Assembly: GCA_016874835.1 (NCBI GenBank)
Contig: VGTB01000001.1
Location: forward strand, 5,169-69,168
Source: Deltaproteobacteria bacterium
GTDB taxonomy: Bacteria > Desulfobacterota > Syntrophia > Syntrophales > UBA2185
Direction of reading: 5' to 3'
DNA: 64,000 nt
The notes beneath the pieces were generated by a model that ran no database searches, was not told the origin of the DNA, and was given only the letters and a program-made list of their open reading frames with translations. This document shows, piece after piece, positions 27,477 through 39,967 of the stretch (positions are counted from its first letter, which is position 1; every line of letters begins with the position of its first letter). Position numbers and translations under genes: made by a program.

Positions 27477-28311
27477 AGATTACGGCATTCGTCCTCTCAA
27501 GCGTTTGGGACAGTCGTTTCTTCAGGACATAAATGTAATCAACAAGATTGTCGGGCTCGCCGACATCCGGAGCGATGAGACGGTCATCGAGATAGGGGCC
27601 GGGATCGGAGTTGTGACGGAACTGATCGCGTTGAAGGCTGGTCGGGTCATTGCTCTTGAAGTTGATCCCCGCATGGTTGCAGTCCTGCGGGAAAGGCTTG
27701 CTCACATTGATCATGTGACTGTGATTCATGCGGATGTGCTTCAGTATGATTTTTCTTCTTGTGATTCATCTTCATCGCGGAAAATGAAGATAATCGGCAA
27801 TATTCCTTACCATATCTCGTCGCAGATATTGTTCCACCTGCTCTCGTACCGGCAGCACATATCGACAATGATTCTCATGTTTCAAAAGGAGCTTGCGGAC
27901 AGGCTTGTTGCATCGCCGGGTACAAAGGAGTACGGTATACCCTCGGTTATGGTGTCCATGTATACTCATTGCTCGCGTGAGTTGACGGTGCCCGGCAGCT
28001 GCTTCTATCCTGAACCGGAAGTAAAATCCTCTGTCTTGAAGATGGATATTCGGGAGAGACCGAGGGTGGAGCTGAATGATCACCTCTTTTTTTCCCGGGT
28101 TGTGAGAACGGCATTTTCTCAAAGGAGAAAGACGCTTATGAATAATCTCCGAAGCTCATTTCTTCCACGTTTCCCGGAGTATAAGATCGCTATGGCTCTT
28201 CGGGAGGCGGGTATCGATGGCAGAAGGAGGGGTGAATCGCTCACACCGGAGGAGCTTGGCGTGTTGAGCAACACGCTACATTTATTAGAAAATTTATTAG
28301 AAAAATCTTGA
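27451..28311 (+). CDS. rsmA: 16S rRNA (adenine1518/1519-N6)-dimethyltransferase RsmA/KsgA
   Basis: LGQSFLQD, VIEIGAGIGVVT and GNIPYHISS motifs are present. The 3' end contains a 12-bp in-frame tandem repeat. Confidence 0.9.
   Translation: MTSVRKVLKDYGIRPLKRLGQSFLQDINVINKIVGLADIRSDETVIEIGAGIGVVTELIALKAGRVIALEVDPRMVAVLRERLAHIDHVTVIHADVLQYDFSSCDSSSSRKMKIIGNIPYHISSQILFHLLSYRQHISTMILMFQKELADRLVASPGTKEYGIPSVMVSMYTHCSRELTVPGSCFYPEPEVKSSVLKMDIRERPRVELNDHLFFSRVVRTAFSQRRKTLMNNLRSSFLPRFPEYKIAMALREAGIDGRRRGESLTPEELGVLSNTLHLLENLLEKS
28280..28303 (+). repeat. Perfect 12-bp tandem duplication at rsmA 3' end
   Basis: atttattagaaa occurs twice (28280-28291 and 28292-28303), encoding ..LLEN LLEK.. Confidence 0.9.
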
Positions 28312-28407
28312 CAAAACGCGACGTATCTGTTAACGGGAAATCCGACCGCTTGGATTCGGCTACGGACTGAGACGGAAGGTAAGGGAATCGCTACGAGTAT
28401 GATTACA

Positions 28408-28440
28408 ATGCCTCTCGTCTTTGACGTAGAGGCATTTTTT
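28408..28440 (+). terminator. Rho-independent terminator between rsmA and panC
   Basis: The stem ATGCCTCT(CGTC)...(GACG)tAGAGGCAT is followed by TTTTTT and ends 14 nt before the panC ATG at 28455. Confidence 0.65.
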
Positions 28441-28454
28441 ATGTGTATGTTGAG

Positions 28455-29312
28455 ATGAAGATTGTACGATCTGTTCGTGAAATGCAGCGGATGTCCGAAT
28501 CATTGAGGAACACGGGAAAGATAATCTCCTTTGTGCCGACAATGGGATATTTTCATGAGGGTCATTTAAGCCTCATGCGGGAGGGAAGAAAACGGGGGGA
28601 CTGTCTTATGGTGAGTATCTATGTAAACCCCACGCAGTTCGGCCCCGGAGAAGATTTTGAGAGGTATCCGAGAGATTTTGAAAGGGATAGAAACCTTGCT
28701 GACGGTGTTGGTGTGGATGTGATTTTTTCTCCCGATGACAGGGAAATGTATCCGGAGTACTACCAGACTAACGTGAATGTTGAGAGGGTGACACAAAATC
28801 TCTGCGGGCTTTCGAGACCGGGTCACTTCAGGGGGGTGACTACGGTTTGCGCAAAACTTTTCAATTCAGTGAAACCTCACGTCACCATTTTCGGAAAGAA
28901 GGATTTCCAGCAATTTGTGACGATAAAGAGGATGGTCCAGGATCTGAACATGGATCTTGAGGTAGTTGGAATGCCGACGGTGCGGGAGGCTGACGGTATT
29001 GCCATGAGTTCGAGGAATGTCTATCTCAAAGCCCATGAGAGAGAATCTGCGTTGAGTCTGAGCAGGTCCCTGAAAATGGCGAAGGGTATGTATGAGAAAG
29101 GTGAACGGAATGCCAGGAATATTCTGGAAGCGGTCAAAAAATTCATTGAAGAACATCCGTACACCCGGATCGATTACGTGAAAATATGTGATACGACAAC
29201 CCTCGAGGATGTCGATCATCTGCAAGGAGAGACCGTGCTTGCCCTGGCTGTCAGGATTGATAAAACCCGGTTGATAGACAATTATGTGTTCGGGGATGTC
29301 CTGGATATCTGA
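28455..29312 (+). CDS. panC: Pantoate--beta-alanine ligase
   Basis: VPTMGYFHEGHLSLM and FGKKDFQQ are present, and the length is typical. Confidence 0.9.
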   Translation: MKIVRSVREMQRMSESLRNTGKIISFVPTMGYFHEGHLSLMREGRKRGDCLMVSIYVNPTQFGPGEDFERYPRDFERDRNLADGVGVDVIFSPDDREMYPEYYQTNVNVERVTQNLCGLSRPGHFRGVTTVCAKLFNSVKPHVTIFGKKDFQQFVTIKRMVQDLNMDLEVVGMPTVREADGIAMSSRNVYLKAHERESALSLSRSLKMAKGMYEKGERNARNILEAVKKFIEEHPYTRIDYVKICDTTTLEDVDHLQGETVLALAVRIDKTRLIDNYVFGDVLDI

Positions 29313-29374
29313 CTGCAGGTGTGTGATACATGAGTGAGAGAGGGTTGGCTCCTTCTCGGTGAGGTGAATTGAAT

Positions 29375-29731
29375 ATGCAAAGGTTTTTACTCAAATCGAA
29401 AATTCACAGAGCTACCGTAACAGATGCAAACCTCCATTACGAGGGAAGCATCACCATCGATGAAAGTCTCATGAGGGCGGCAGACATTCTTCCCTACGAA
29501 AAAGTAGATATATATAATGTATCGAACGGGGAAAGATTCTCAACGTATGTGATGAAAGGCGAGCAGGATTCAGGAGTAATTTGCGTAAATGGTGCTGCCG
29601 CATGGAAAGCTTCTCAGGGTGATTTAATCATTATCGCCAGTTATGCCCTCTTCGATGATGTTGTGGCAATGAGCTGGTCTCCCAAGTGCGTTTTTCTCGA
29701 TGAGAAGAACAAAATCAAGCAGATGAAGTAG
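29375..29731 (+). CDS. panD: Aspartate 1-decarboxylase
   Basis: [29 protein letters not shown] contains the G-S self-cleavage site. GAGGTG lies 8 nt upstream of ATG 29375. Confidence 0.9.
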   Translation: MQRFLLKSKIHRATVTDANLHYEGSITIDESLMRAADILPYEKVDIYNVSNGERFSTYVMKGEQDSGVICVNGAAAWKASQGDLIIIASYALFDDVVAMSWSPKCVFLDEKNKIKQMK

Positions 29732-29785
29732 AGTATCAGGAAGGCATTCCTACGCATTATCAATTCATTGATGACATGTGTATAA

Positions 29786-29820
29786 GGGCGGGGTATTGCA
29801 TACACCTTGCCCATTTTTTT
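29786..29820 (+). terminator. Rho-independent terminator after panD
   Basis: A GGGCGGGGT / ACCTTGCCC stem (two G-U pairs) with a 9-nt loop is followed by A plus T7. Confidence 0.6.
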
Positions 29821-29893
29821 AAATAGCAGTTGTAATCACACAGCGTTTTTGTTAATTGTCCTTCAATTTTAATGGCATGAGGCGCATACTGTA

Positions 29894-30571
29894 TTGAGAA
29901 CCAACCTGAAACAGATATTTTTAACCGGTCTTGCTGTTATTATTCCCATAGGATTAACACTCTACATTATCGTTTTCCTCATCGATACAGCGGATAGCCT
30001 CTTAAGAGTAATCCCCGCAAAATACCATCCTGATTCGGTATTTGGTTTCCGTATTCCCGGCCTTGGCATAATTTTCACAGTGATTCTGATTTTTATCAGC
30101 GGTCTTGTCACGAAAAGCTTCTTTGGTCGTAGAATCATTCAACGGGGAGAAGAGCTTGTGGAAAAGGTGCCATTTGTGGGAAGTATTTATCAGGGTATTA
30201 AGAAGGTATCTGACGGAATGTTAGCAGATAGAAAAACAAGTTTTAAAAAGGTTGTCCTGGTAGAATTCCCGAGGAAGGGTGTGTATACAATAGGATTTAT
30301 CACGGGAATGCCTGCGGGAGAAATTGAGAAGAGGTCGGGCCAGAAATGTTTCGGTGTTTTCTTGCCGACCACGCCTAATCCAACATCCGGTTATCTTATC
30401 ATGGTACCGGAAAATGAATTGATTATAATTGATATGTCAGTAGAAGAAGCGTTAACCTACATTATCTCTCTCGGCATGGTGTCATCGAAAGAGGGTCTGA
30501 GGAAATATGAGAAGTTGCCCCACGAAATGAACAGGGAAGAACGGCAGGAAGAACGGTCGGAGGATGGATAG
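29894..30571 (+). CDS. DUF502 family membrane protein
   Basis: It has two N-terminal TM helices, then the conserved VPFVGSIYQGIKKV and LPTTPNPTSGYL motifs. Confidence 0.7.
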   Translation: MRTNLKQIFLTGLAVIIPIGLTLYIIVFLIDTADSLLRVIPAKYHPDSVFGFRIPGLGIIFTVILIFISGLVTKSFFGRRIIQRGEELVEKVPFVGSIYQGIKKVSDGMLADRKTSFKKVVLVEFPRKGVYTIGFITGMPAGEIEKRSGQKCFGVFLPTTPNPTSGYLIMVPENELIIIDMSVEEALTYIISLGMVSSKEGLRKYEKLPHEMNREERQEERSEDG

Positions 30572-30655
30572 CATTATGTGTGGGAAAGACCGGCAGGATC
30601 GACGTGTTGAAAATAGCCGGAGCATCATAAAGGACTAATTGAATGGAGAGGAAAG

Positions 30656-32086
30656 GTGAAGGAGCTGATGAAATATCTCCCGCTTGAGAGAACCCTGAAA
30701 TATAAGATCGCGGATATCAGACTTGCCGGGTGGGGCCGTAAAGAGATGGAGCTTTCCGAAAATGAGATGCCCGGCCTTATGGCTGTCAGGAAAAAGTATG
30801 GTCTCAAAAAGCCTTTACATGGTTTAAGGGTTACAGGGAGCCTGCACATGACCATTCAAACGGCAATGCTCATTGAAACCCTCAGGGAGTTAGGGGCGGA
30901 TATCAGGTGGGCATCGTGCAACATTTTTTCGACCCAGGATCATGCTGCTGCCGCAATCGCGAAGGCGGGGACTGCCGCTGTATTCGCATGGAAAGGGGAA
31001 TCACTCGAGGAATACTGGTGGTGCACGGAACAGGCCCTCACATGGCCCGATGGTACAGGTCCTGACCTGATCGTGGATGATGGCGGCGACGCGACACTGT
31101 TCGTTCACCTGGGAGTAAGAGTGGAGGAAGATCCATCTCTGCTTGATCAAAAACAGGAGAGCAGAGAATTTGAGATTGTCATGGATCGAATAAGACATGG
31201 TCTGAAGGTGGATCCGGGGCACTGGCACAAGGTTGCTTCCAGGATCCGCGGCGTTTCGGAAGAGACAACAACAGGTGTGAACAGACTTCACCAGATGGCA
31301 AAGTCAGGTGAACTTCTCTTCCCGGCCTTCAACATCAACGATTCGGTCACAAAGTCTAAATTTGACAACCTTTACGGCTGTCGCGAGTCTCTCGCAGACG
31401 GCATCAAACGGGCGACGGATATTATGGTTGCGGGCAAGATGGTTGTCATTTGCGGTTATGGCGATGTGGGGAAGGGATCGGCTCAATCAATGAGAGGTTT
31501 TGGAGCCCGTGTCGTTATCACCGAGATCGATCCGATTTGTGCTCTTCAGGCTGCCATGGAAGGATATGAGGTAAAAACACTGGAAGATGTCGTCGCGATC
31601 GGAGATATTTTCGTTACTGCCACCGGATGCTGCGATGTCATTACCGGTGAGCATATGGAAAAGATGAAAGATGAAGCGATCGTATGCAATATCGGTCACT
31701 TTGATAGCGAGATCGACATGCAGTACCTTGAGAAACATTGTAAAAGAGAGAATATTAAACCCCAGGTAGATAGGTGGATTCTCAAATCAGGACGGTCCGT
31801 CATCATTTTGGCTGAAGGAAGATTGGTGAACCTGGGGTGTGCCACGGGACATCCCAGTTTCGTGATGAGTACAAGTTTTACGAACCAGTGTCTTGCGCAG
31901 ATTGAACTCGCCACGGGGAAATATAAAACGGGTGTCTACACTCTGCCGAAAAAACTTGATGAAGAGGTGGCAAGACTCCATCTGAAGCGTCTCGGTGCGA
32001 AACTGACAAGATTGAAGAAAAAGCAGGCAAAATATTTGTGTGTGAAAGTAGACGGTCCTTATAAACCCGGTTATTATCGCTATTGA
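30656..32086 (+). CDS. ahcY: Adenosylhomocysteinase
   Basis: [40 protein letters not shown] and the NAD site GYGDVGKG are present, with a C-terminal YRY. Confidence 0.92.
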   Translation: MKELMKYLPLERTLKYKIADIRLAGWGRKEMELSENEMPGLMAVRKKYGLKKPLHGLRVTGSLHMTIQTAMLIETLRELGADIRWASCNIFSTQDHAAAAIAKAGTAAVFAWKGESLEEYWWCTEQALTWPDGTGPDLIVDDGGDATLFVHLGVRVEEDPSLLDQKQESREFEIVMDRIRHGLKVDPGHWHKVASRIRGVSEETTTGVNRLHQMAKSGELLFPAFNINDSVTKSKFDNLYGCRESLADGIKRATDIMVAGKMVVICGYGDVGKGSAQSMRGFGARVVITEIDPICALQAAMEGYEVKTLEDVVAIGDIFVTATGCCDVITGEHMEKMKDEAIVCNIGHFDSEIDMQYLEKHCKRENIKPQVDRWILKSGRSVIILAEGRLVNLGCATGHPSFVMSTSFTNQCLAQIELATGKYKTGVYTLPKKLDEEVARLHLKRLGAKLTRLKKKQAKYLCVKVDGPYKPGYYRY

Positions 32087-32103
32087 TCCCCTCTCCCTCA
32101 TTT

Positions 32104-33186
32104 TCAGGTTTTTACCCGCAGGAACATTGCGACGGACGCAGCGGTGAAGATCAGGTTGGTAATCCATGCCGACAGGACAGGTGGTATTGTTCCTGAACGA
32201 CCAAGAGATAACGCGAAGGCATGGACGATCCAGTAAGAAAATCCGATGATGATGCCCACACCGATGCTCTGCATGACGCCTCCACTCCTTTCGGACTTTA
32301 TAAGGGAGAAAGAAATACCGATGATGACGAGAATGATGCTCACCAGGGTGAAGGCGATCTTTCCGTGCAGGTCAACGATATAGCGTGTGGTATCATAGCC
32401 CTCTGATTTAATTTTCTCAACATAGCGGATAAGTTCGACGAATCCCATTTTTTCGGCTGACTTTTGCACCTCACTGAAATCTGATGGTTTTTCCGGCAAA
32501 TTGATCACTTTTTCGGGAATCCGCTCAAGTGAAGGAAAATCATTTTCAATAAACCTGGTAACAAGCAGGTTCTGGAAAATCCACTGTTCGTTTTTCCACT
32601 GGGCCATTTCGGCATCTATCCTCATCGTTAATGTAAAATTCCTGTCTAAATAGTTTATTGTAATTCCGTGAAGTGTGTTTGTTTTGGGATCGAACATCTT
32701 GAAGTTGTAAATTCCGTCATCTCCTCTGTACCAGAGCTGGTTTTGCTTGAAAGTGCCTTGAGACTCCCGCTTTTGAATTTCTATAAACTTAATGTGGTCC
32801 GCCCTCTGATTACTGTACGGTGTGATAAATTCAGTGATGAGGAAGGCAAGTACGCAAATCAACACGGAGGCTATGATTACCGGCAGGGAAGTTCTGTAAA
32901 GGCTTATTCCGTTCGCCTTCATCGCAACGATTTCACTGTTTTTCGAGAGAGAGCCGAAAGTCATGAGAGCTGCCAGGAGCGCCGCGGCGGGAATCGTCTG
33001 TGAGATGATCATCGGGATTCTATACAGGAAAAACGAAGCCATCTGGGGCAGGGTGGCATTGTTGCTCAAAAACATCCGTATCCGTTCGAAAAAATCGACG
33101 ATAAGGAAGAGGGAAATGAACGATGCGAGGATGAGCATAAATAATTTGATGAATTCTTTCGATACGTAGCGGTCAAGAATTGTCAT
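32104..33186 (-). CDS. lptG: LPS export ABC transporter permease LptG
   Basis: It belongs to the YjgP/YjgQ family, is the second of two tandem paralogues, and has an ILDRYV N-terminus. Confidence 0.8.
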   Translation of the reverse strand: MTILDRYVSKEFIKLFMLILASFISLFLIVDFFERIRMFLSNNATLPQMASFFLYRIPMIISQTIPAAALLAALMTFGSLSKNSEIVAMKANGISLYRTSLPVIIASVLICVLAFLITEFITPYSNQRADHIKFIEIQKRESQGTFKQNQLWYRGDDGIYNFKMFDPKTNTLHGITINYLDRNFTLTMRIDAEMAQWKNEQWIFQNLLVTRFIENDFPSLERIPEKVINLPEKPSDFSEVQKSAEKMGFVELIRYVEKIKSEGYDTTRYIVDLHGKIAFTLVSIILVIIGISFSLIKSERSGGVMQSIGVGIIIGFSYWIVHAFALSLGRSGTIPPVLSAWITNLIFTAASVAMFLRVKT

Positions 33187-34361
33187 TATCTTTTCTGTTC
33201 CCCTCCGGGGATAAGTTTTCTCAGGAAAGCTGTAAATGAAGAAATGTCGATCGCTTTATCCTGTGCGGTCCTGATGAGGAGGTAAATGCCCACCGTGAGG
33301 AAAATCACATTCGGCGCCCATGACCCGATGAAGGGAGAGAGCCTTCCCGTTTCCACAAGGGCCTCACCGCCAATCCTGAGGAGATAGTAGATCAGCACGG
33401 TAAAGAGACCCACGGTGAATCCCCGGGCCTTCACCGCTCTGTGCGACCGAATACCCAACGGCACTCCCAGGATGCCAAACACCAAACAGGCAAAGGGAAC
33501 GGCAATTTTTCTGTTCAGTTCCAGGATTAATTCTCTGGAATCGGTTGCTTTGAGGGATATTGCTCTCAATTTTTCCGCGATCTCCGAGAAGGTCATCTCG
33601 GCGCTCGTCTTTGTTCTTGCCTTCTTTTCTTCAGCGAGGGAAGATTCGATATCAAGATTAACGTCATAGACGCTGAAATCCATCTTGCGATAATTCTTGA
33701 GATTTGTATCTACCGTATGGGTACTTCCTTTTTCAAGTCTCAGTGTCACACTGAGTTGCCCGGGATCCGAAACCAAATAGGCTCTCTGGGCAATGATGGT
33801 GTTAGGTTCCCTGCCGAACCTTGCGTCTGAGACGATTACTCCTTCCATAAAATTGCCATGTACGGGAATATTTTCCGCATAAAGAAGAATACCTTTAAAG
33901 TCATCGTTGAACACCTTCTCCTTGATCCCGACACTCGCTTTTTTCTTGGCAACGGCAAAGAGGAGGTTCTTCGTGGCAAATTTACTGTGGGGAACCAGAT
34001 AGAGGCTCACAGCTGCGGTTATCACAAATGCGATTAACGACGCGATCGCGACGGGATAAAGGATTTTGTATGGACTTATGCCTGATGCCTTGAATATGGT
34101 AATCTCGTTATCGCCGGATAACCTTCCCAACCCGATCAGAATTGAGACAAGAAGCGATATGGGGATCGTAAAGACTAAAAATGACGGCATTAAGTAGAGA
34201 AACAGCCTTGATATGTCAAAAAAACTTACCCCTTTGTTGATCATAAGATCCATCAACTGAAGGATCTTTCCCATGAGGAGCACAAAGGTCAGGACGAAGA
34301 CAATCATAAAAAAAGGGAATGTAATTTCCCGCAGGATGTATCGATCTATGATTTTAAGCAT
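33186..34361 (-). CDS. lptF: LPS export ABC transporter permease LptF
   Basis: It belongs to the YjgP/YjgQ family and has an IIDRYILRE N-terminus. Its last coding base is shared with the lptG start codon at 33186, so the two ORFs overlap by 1 nt. Confidence 0.8.
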   Translation of the reverse strand: MLKIIDRYILREITFPFFMIVFVLTFVLLMGKILQLMDLMINKGVSFFDISRLFLYLMPSFLVFTIPISLLVSILIGLGRLSGDNEITIFKASGISPYKILYPVAIASLIAFVITAAVSLYLVPHSKFATKNLLFAVAKKKASVGIKEKVFNDDFKGILLYAENIPVHGNFMEGVIVSDARFGREPNTIIAQRAYLVSDPGQLSVTLRLEKGSTHTVDTNLKNYRKMDFSVYDVNLDIESSLAEEKKARTKTSAEMTFSEIAEKLRAISLKATDSRELILELNRKIAVPFACLVFGILGVPLGIRSHRAVKARGFTVGLFTVLIYYLLRIGGEALVETGRLSPFIGSWAPNVIFLTVGIYLLIRTAQDKAIDISSFTAFLRKLIPGGEQKR

Positions 34362-34644
34362 CCTTGTTTCCCTGTCTTGTATTCATATATCCGGCCGCAG
34401 ATAGGTAAACTAACATAAATACAAAGAGTCTTGTCAAGAAAAAGAATGAAGTGAAGACAATCGTTTCCCTTGATTCAAGCAAAGTACCCTGATAATCCTT
34501 GTTGACCATGAAGAAGCGTGTACAGAATATTTTCTCCGAAGTGCCCCGCACCTATTATTCTTGTTTTTTCGACTTACACCTTCTGTGCTGTATTACAATT
34601 AGTAATGTTCGAAATATCTTTTCCCCGGTTACCTTAAAAAAGTC

Positions 34645-34673
34645 TTGACAGTCAATTAAATTGAGGGTAATTG
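34645..34673 (+). promoter_or_regulatory. Putative sigma-70 promoter with embedded 6-1-6 palindrome upstream of the Fur-family gene
   Basis: TTGACA (34645-34650), a 17-nt spacer, then TAATTG (34668-34673). The spacer contains the palindrome TCAATT-A-AATTGA (34652-34664). Confidence 0.45.
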
Positions 34674-34705
34674 TATGTCTAATATGGAATGATTCCGAAT
34701 AAGAT

Positions 34706-35173
34706 ATGATGGCGAAAGAATCAATTATCCAAAAGCTGAAAAAACGGGGATTAAGAATCACCCCTCAAAGACTCTCTATCATTAACGTGTTGGTCAAGAA
34801 GGGGCATCTTCATCCAGGTGCACGCTTCATATACAGAGAAGCGAAAAAGGAGGGCACCCGTCTGAGCCTGTCATCCGTCTACGAAAACATAAAGGAGCTA
34901 TGCCGGTGTGGAATTATCAAATCGCTTGAGTTTGATGGCAGAGAGAACCGCTGTGAGGGAAATCTTGAAGAGCACGTCAATCTTATCTGCGAACATTGCG
35001 GGAAGATTATTGATTACGAAGTCCCTGTTTCTTTAGATCAAAGAGAGGTGGCAAAAAGAACGGGCTTTATGATCACAAATAACAGGCTGGAGTATTACGG
35101 ATACTGCGCAGAATGTACTAAAGGCAAAGGGTGGTTACTTTCTGGTCGTAAACTGCACAGCACGCCTCTGTAA
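34706..35173 (+). CDS. Fur family transcriptional regulator (PerR-like by context)
   Basis: LRITPQRLSIINVL is a wHTH, and two CxxC pairs are present (CEHCGK, CAECTK). It sits directly upstream of katG. Confidence 0.8.
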   Translation: MMAKESIIQKLKKRGLRITPQRLSIINVLVKKGHLHPGARFIYREAKKEGTRLSLSSVYENIKELCRCGIIKSLEFDGRENRCEGNLEEHVNLICEHCGKIIDYEVPVSLDQREVAKRTGFMITNNRLEYYGYCAECTKGKGWLLSGRKLHSTPL

Positions 35174-35276
35174 ATGGGTTTCTGTGTTTTAATTTTTTGT
35201 TAATTAATCTGGAGTGGTTCCGGATAAAAGGAGAAAACGCTCAACTGAAGTGTAAAAACGAACATAATGTAAGTAA

Positions 35277-37496
<2,220 letters not shown>

Positions 37497-37680
37497 TCGT
37501 AGCATAAACGTCTTCGAGGACTTCCGACAGGATGGGATCTATACGTTGTATGGGACAGATGGGAAAATACCGACTGTTCAAGGACCGTCATCTTTTTTAC
37601 CCATTGGTCCGGTTTAGCAGGATTGGCAGGTGTGGGAAGAAAGTTTAAAAATAGAAAAGAAACTGATTTTTACCGTAGCA

Positions 37681-37710
37681 AGGCAGAGTCAATTGGCTCT
37701 GCCTTTTTTT
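37681..37710 (+). terminator. Rho-independent terminator downstream of katG
   Basis: An AGGCAGAG / CTCTGCCT stem with an 8-nt loop is followed by T7. Confidence 0.8.
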
Positions 37711-37881
37711 ACCAGTTACGAATGATAATCTTCATTTCACGCCCAACCCAAAAATCATTGATAAAAATGAATAATCGCGATTTACTCGTCTATCCCCTTC
37801 CATGCCGGGTAATGAAGACTTCCTCTTTGGATTCGGGGAATTTGTGAAGAATAAGAATTTCTTTAAAATAACCCATATTTG

Positions 37882-37910
37882 TTGACCTCATTTGATAAAT
37901 CTGTTAATTG
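37882..37910 (+). promoter_or_regulatory. Putative sigma-70 promoter for the 38.0-44.1 kb cluster
   Basis: TTGACC (37882-37887), a 17-nt spacer, then TAATTG (37905-37910). This is the same -10 hexamer as at 34668. It is followed by a ~110-nt leader containing the hairpin GCGGCA-N8-TGCCGC. Confidence 0.35.
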
Positions 37911-38023
37911 CAAAGCCACAAAAACAGGATTTCCGGCGGCACATACATATGCCGCAATATGGATATGTGGGGTTTTCTAACCCTTTCTGAAGATAATTAC
38001 TCCTGTGAGTGAGGTGACGAGTC

Positions 38024-38677
38024 GTGATTGATCTGCATATACATTCGACATTCAGTGACGGGGAACTGATCCCCTCAGAACTTGTGAGAAGGTGCATGGC
38101 TGTGGGTTGCCGTGCCCTTGCCATAACCGACCACGGTGATCATTCCAATATCGATTTCATCATCCCCCGTATTGTAAAGGTCTGTGAGAAGTTATCAGGG
38201 GCTTATGACATAAAGGTCATTCCAGGGATAGAATTGACGCATGTACCCCCTGAGTATATTCCCGAATTGACACAGGAGGCCCGTCTCCTCGGGGCAAAGA
38301 TCGTTGTAGTCCATGGGGAAACGATTGTTGAACCTGTGATTGAGGGAACGAACAATGCTGCCCTGCTGTCTTCCATCGATATTCTTGCCCATCCGGGATT
38401 GATAACGGAAGAGGAAGCGCGCCTTGCGGCAAGGAATTCTATCTGTCTGGAGATCACCACACGCAAGGGGCATAGTCTTACCAACGGGCATGTGGTGAGG
38501 ATGGCGCGTCACGCCGGCGCGTGTCTCGTGTTGAATACGGACAGCCATGCACCGCAGGATCTTACGGGTAAAGAAATGGCCATTAAAATCGCCACAGGTG
38601 CGGGCATGACGGTGGAAGAAACGGAGAGTATGTTCAGGAATTCCGAGATTCTTGTTCAGAGAGCATGGGAAAGGTGA
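38024..38677 (+). CDS. PHP-domain phosphoesterase
   Basis: IDLHIHSTFSDGEL, ITDH and VVVHGE are PHP metal ligands. The start is GTG after GAGGTGA. Confidence 0.75.
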   Translation: MIDLHIHSTFSDGELIPSELVRRCMAVGCRALAITDHGDHSNIDFIIPRIVKVCEKLSGAYDIKVIPGIELTHVPPEYIPELTQEARLLGAKIVVVHGETIVEPVIEGTNNAALLSSIDILAHPGLITEEEARLAARNSICLEITTRKGHSLTNGHVVRMARHAGACLVLNTDSHAPQDLTGKEMAIKIATGAGMTVEETESMFRNSEILVQRAWER

Positions 38678-38701
38678 ACGGTCAGGTGTCGTGAGATACT
38701 T

Positions 38702-39967
38702 ATGATTCCGGTAGCGACTGACAGGAAGAGTTCGGATCCTTTGAGGATATGTCTTTTAACCTATCGCGGTAATCCTGCATGCGGCGGGCAGGGGGTATAT
38801 ATAAAATATCTCAGCCGTGCGCTGCGAGAATTGGGCCATCAGGTCGATGTGATATCCGGTCCCCCGTATCCCGATGTAGCTCAGCACGTGACGCTCCACC
38901 GATTTCCCGGCCTTGATCTCTATAATCCCGATCATCTGTTTAAAGTGAAAAAACTCAAAGACCTGAAGTCGCCGGTAAACCAGCTGGAATTTCTCATCAT
39001 GTGTCTGGGGGGATTTCCGGAACCGCTTACCTTCGGCATGAGGGTATATCGTTACTTCAGAAGAGAGCTACCCCAATACGATGTCGTCCATGACAATCAG
39101 TGTCTCGCATACGGTGTATACAGAATATCCCGCATCGGGTATCCCACGGTCGCGACAATTCATCATCCCATAACCGTCGACCGTGATACGGAGATGGCGG
39201 ATGCGAAAACATGGCGTGAAAAGCTGAAGGTGCGACGCTGGTATGCGTTCATCGGCATGCAGATGAGGGTGTCACGTCGTCTTGCGAGAATAATCACCGT
39301 TTCCGAGTGTTCAAAACAGGATATCGGCAGAACATTTAAAATACCGGCTCACCGGTTTCGTGTTGTTCCCAATGGGATCAGTACCGACTTTTTTTATCCT
39401 CTGCCTCATGTGAAGCGTGCCAGAAATCATATCGTCGTTACGAACAGTGCCGACACCCCTCTGAAGGGGCTTTCCTATCTCCTCGACGCTTTTGCGTCAG
39501 TGAGAAAGAAGCGGGATATCAGGCTAACCGTTATCGGGGCGCCGAAGGAAAATGGAAGGGTCAGGAATTTAGTGAAGGAACTGGGAATTCATGATTGCGT
39601 GACGTTTACCGGGAGAATCGAAAACGAGGAGTTTGCCGGGTACTATGCTAAAGCTACCATGGCCGTTATCCCTTCAGTATATGAAGGCTTTGGAATGCCG
39701 GCGGGTGAAGCCATGGCATGCGGTGTTCCCGTGATAAGCACCACAGGCGGCGCGCTCCCGGAAGTCGTAGGAGATGCGGGGATTCTTGTCCCTCCCCGTG
39801 ATAAGGATGCGCTGGAATATGCAATCGTTACATTACTCGACAACCCTGAAATGTGTGATCGTCTGGGGCGGGCGGGTCTCGATCGTGTGAAAAAAATGTA
39901 CACATGGCACCATGCGGCGAAGAAAATTGAAGATGCATACCGGGAAACAATAGATGCTCACCGTTGA
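38702..39967 (+). CDS. GT-B glycosyltransferase, family 4 type
   Basis: The N-terminal GGQGVYIKYLSRAL is present, and the C-terminal EGFGMPAGEAMACGVPVIST is the EX7E-type motif. Confidence 0.85.
   Translation: MIPVATDRKSSDPLRICLLTYRGNPACGGQGVYIKYLSRALRELGHQVDVISGPPYPDVAQHVTLHRFPGLDLYNPDHLFKVKKLKDLKSPVNQLEFLIMCLGGFPEPLTFGMRVYRYFRRELPQYDVVHDNQCLAYGVYRISRIGYPTVATIHHPITVDRDTEMADAKTWREKLKVRRWYAFIGMQMRVSRRLARIITVSECSKQDIGRTFKIPAHRFRVVPNGISTDFFYPLPHVKRARNHIVVTNSADTPLKGLSYLLDAFASVRKKRDIRLTVIGAPKENGRVRNLVKELGIHDCVTFTGRIENEEFAGYYAKATMAVIPSVYEGFGMPAGEAMACGVPVISTTGGALPEVVGDAGILVPPRDKDALEYAIVTLLDNPEMCDRLGRAGLDRVKKMYTWHHAAKKIEDAYRETIDAHR

Noticed and set aside
30572-30655. Possible SAH riboswitch upstream of ahcY
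   Set aside because: The spacer is only ~85 nt. It has a CCGGC/GCCGG hairpin but none of the conserved SAH-riboswitch sequence blocks that I remember.
34354-34761. Small minus-strand ORFs (34354-34551, 34555-34761) between lptF and the Fur-family gene
   Set aside because: They overlap the predicted promoter/operator and the start of the Fur-family gene. Their composition is not coding-like.
37623-37847. 74-aa plus-strand ORF downstream of katG
   Set aside because: It reads straight through the katG intrinsic terminator hairpin and T-tract, and it has no RBS and no motifs.
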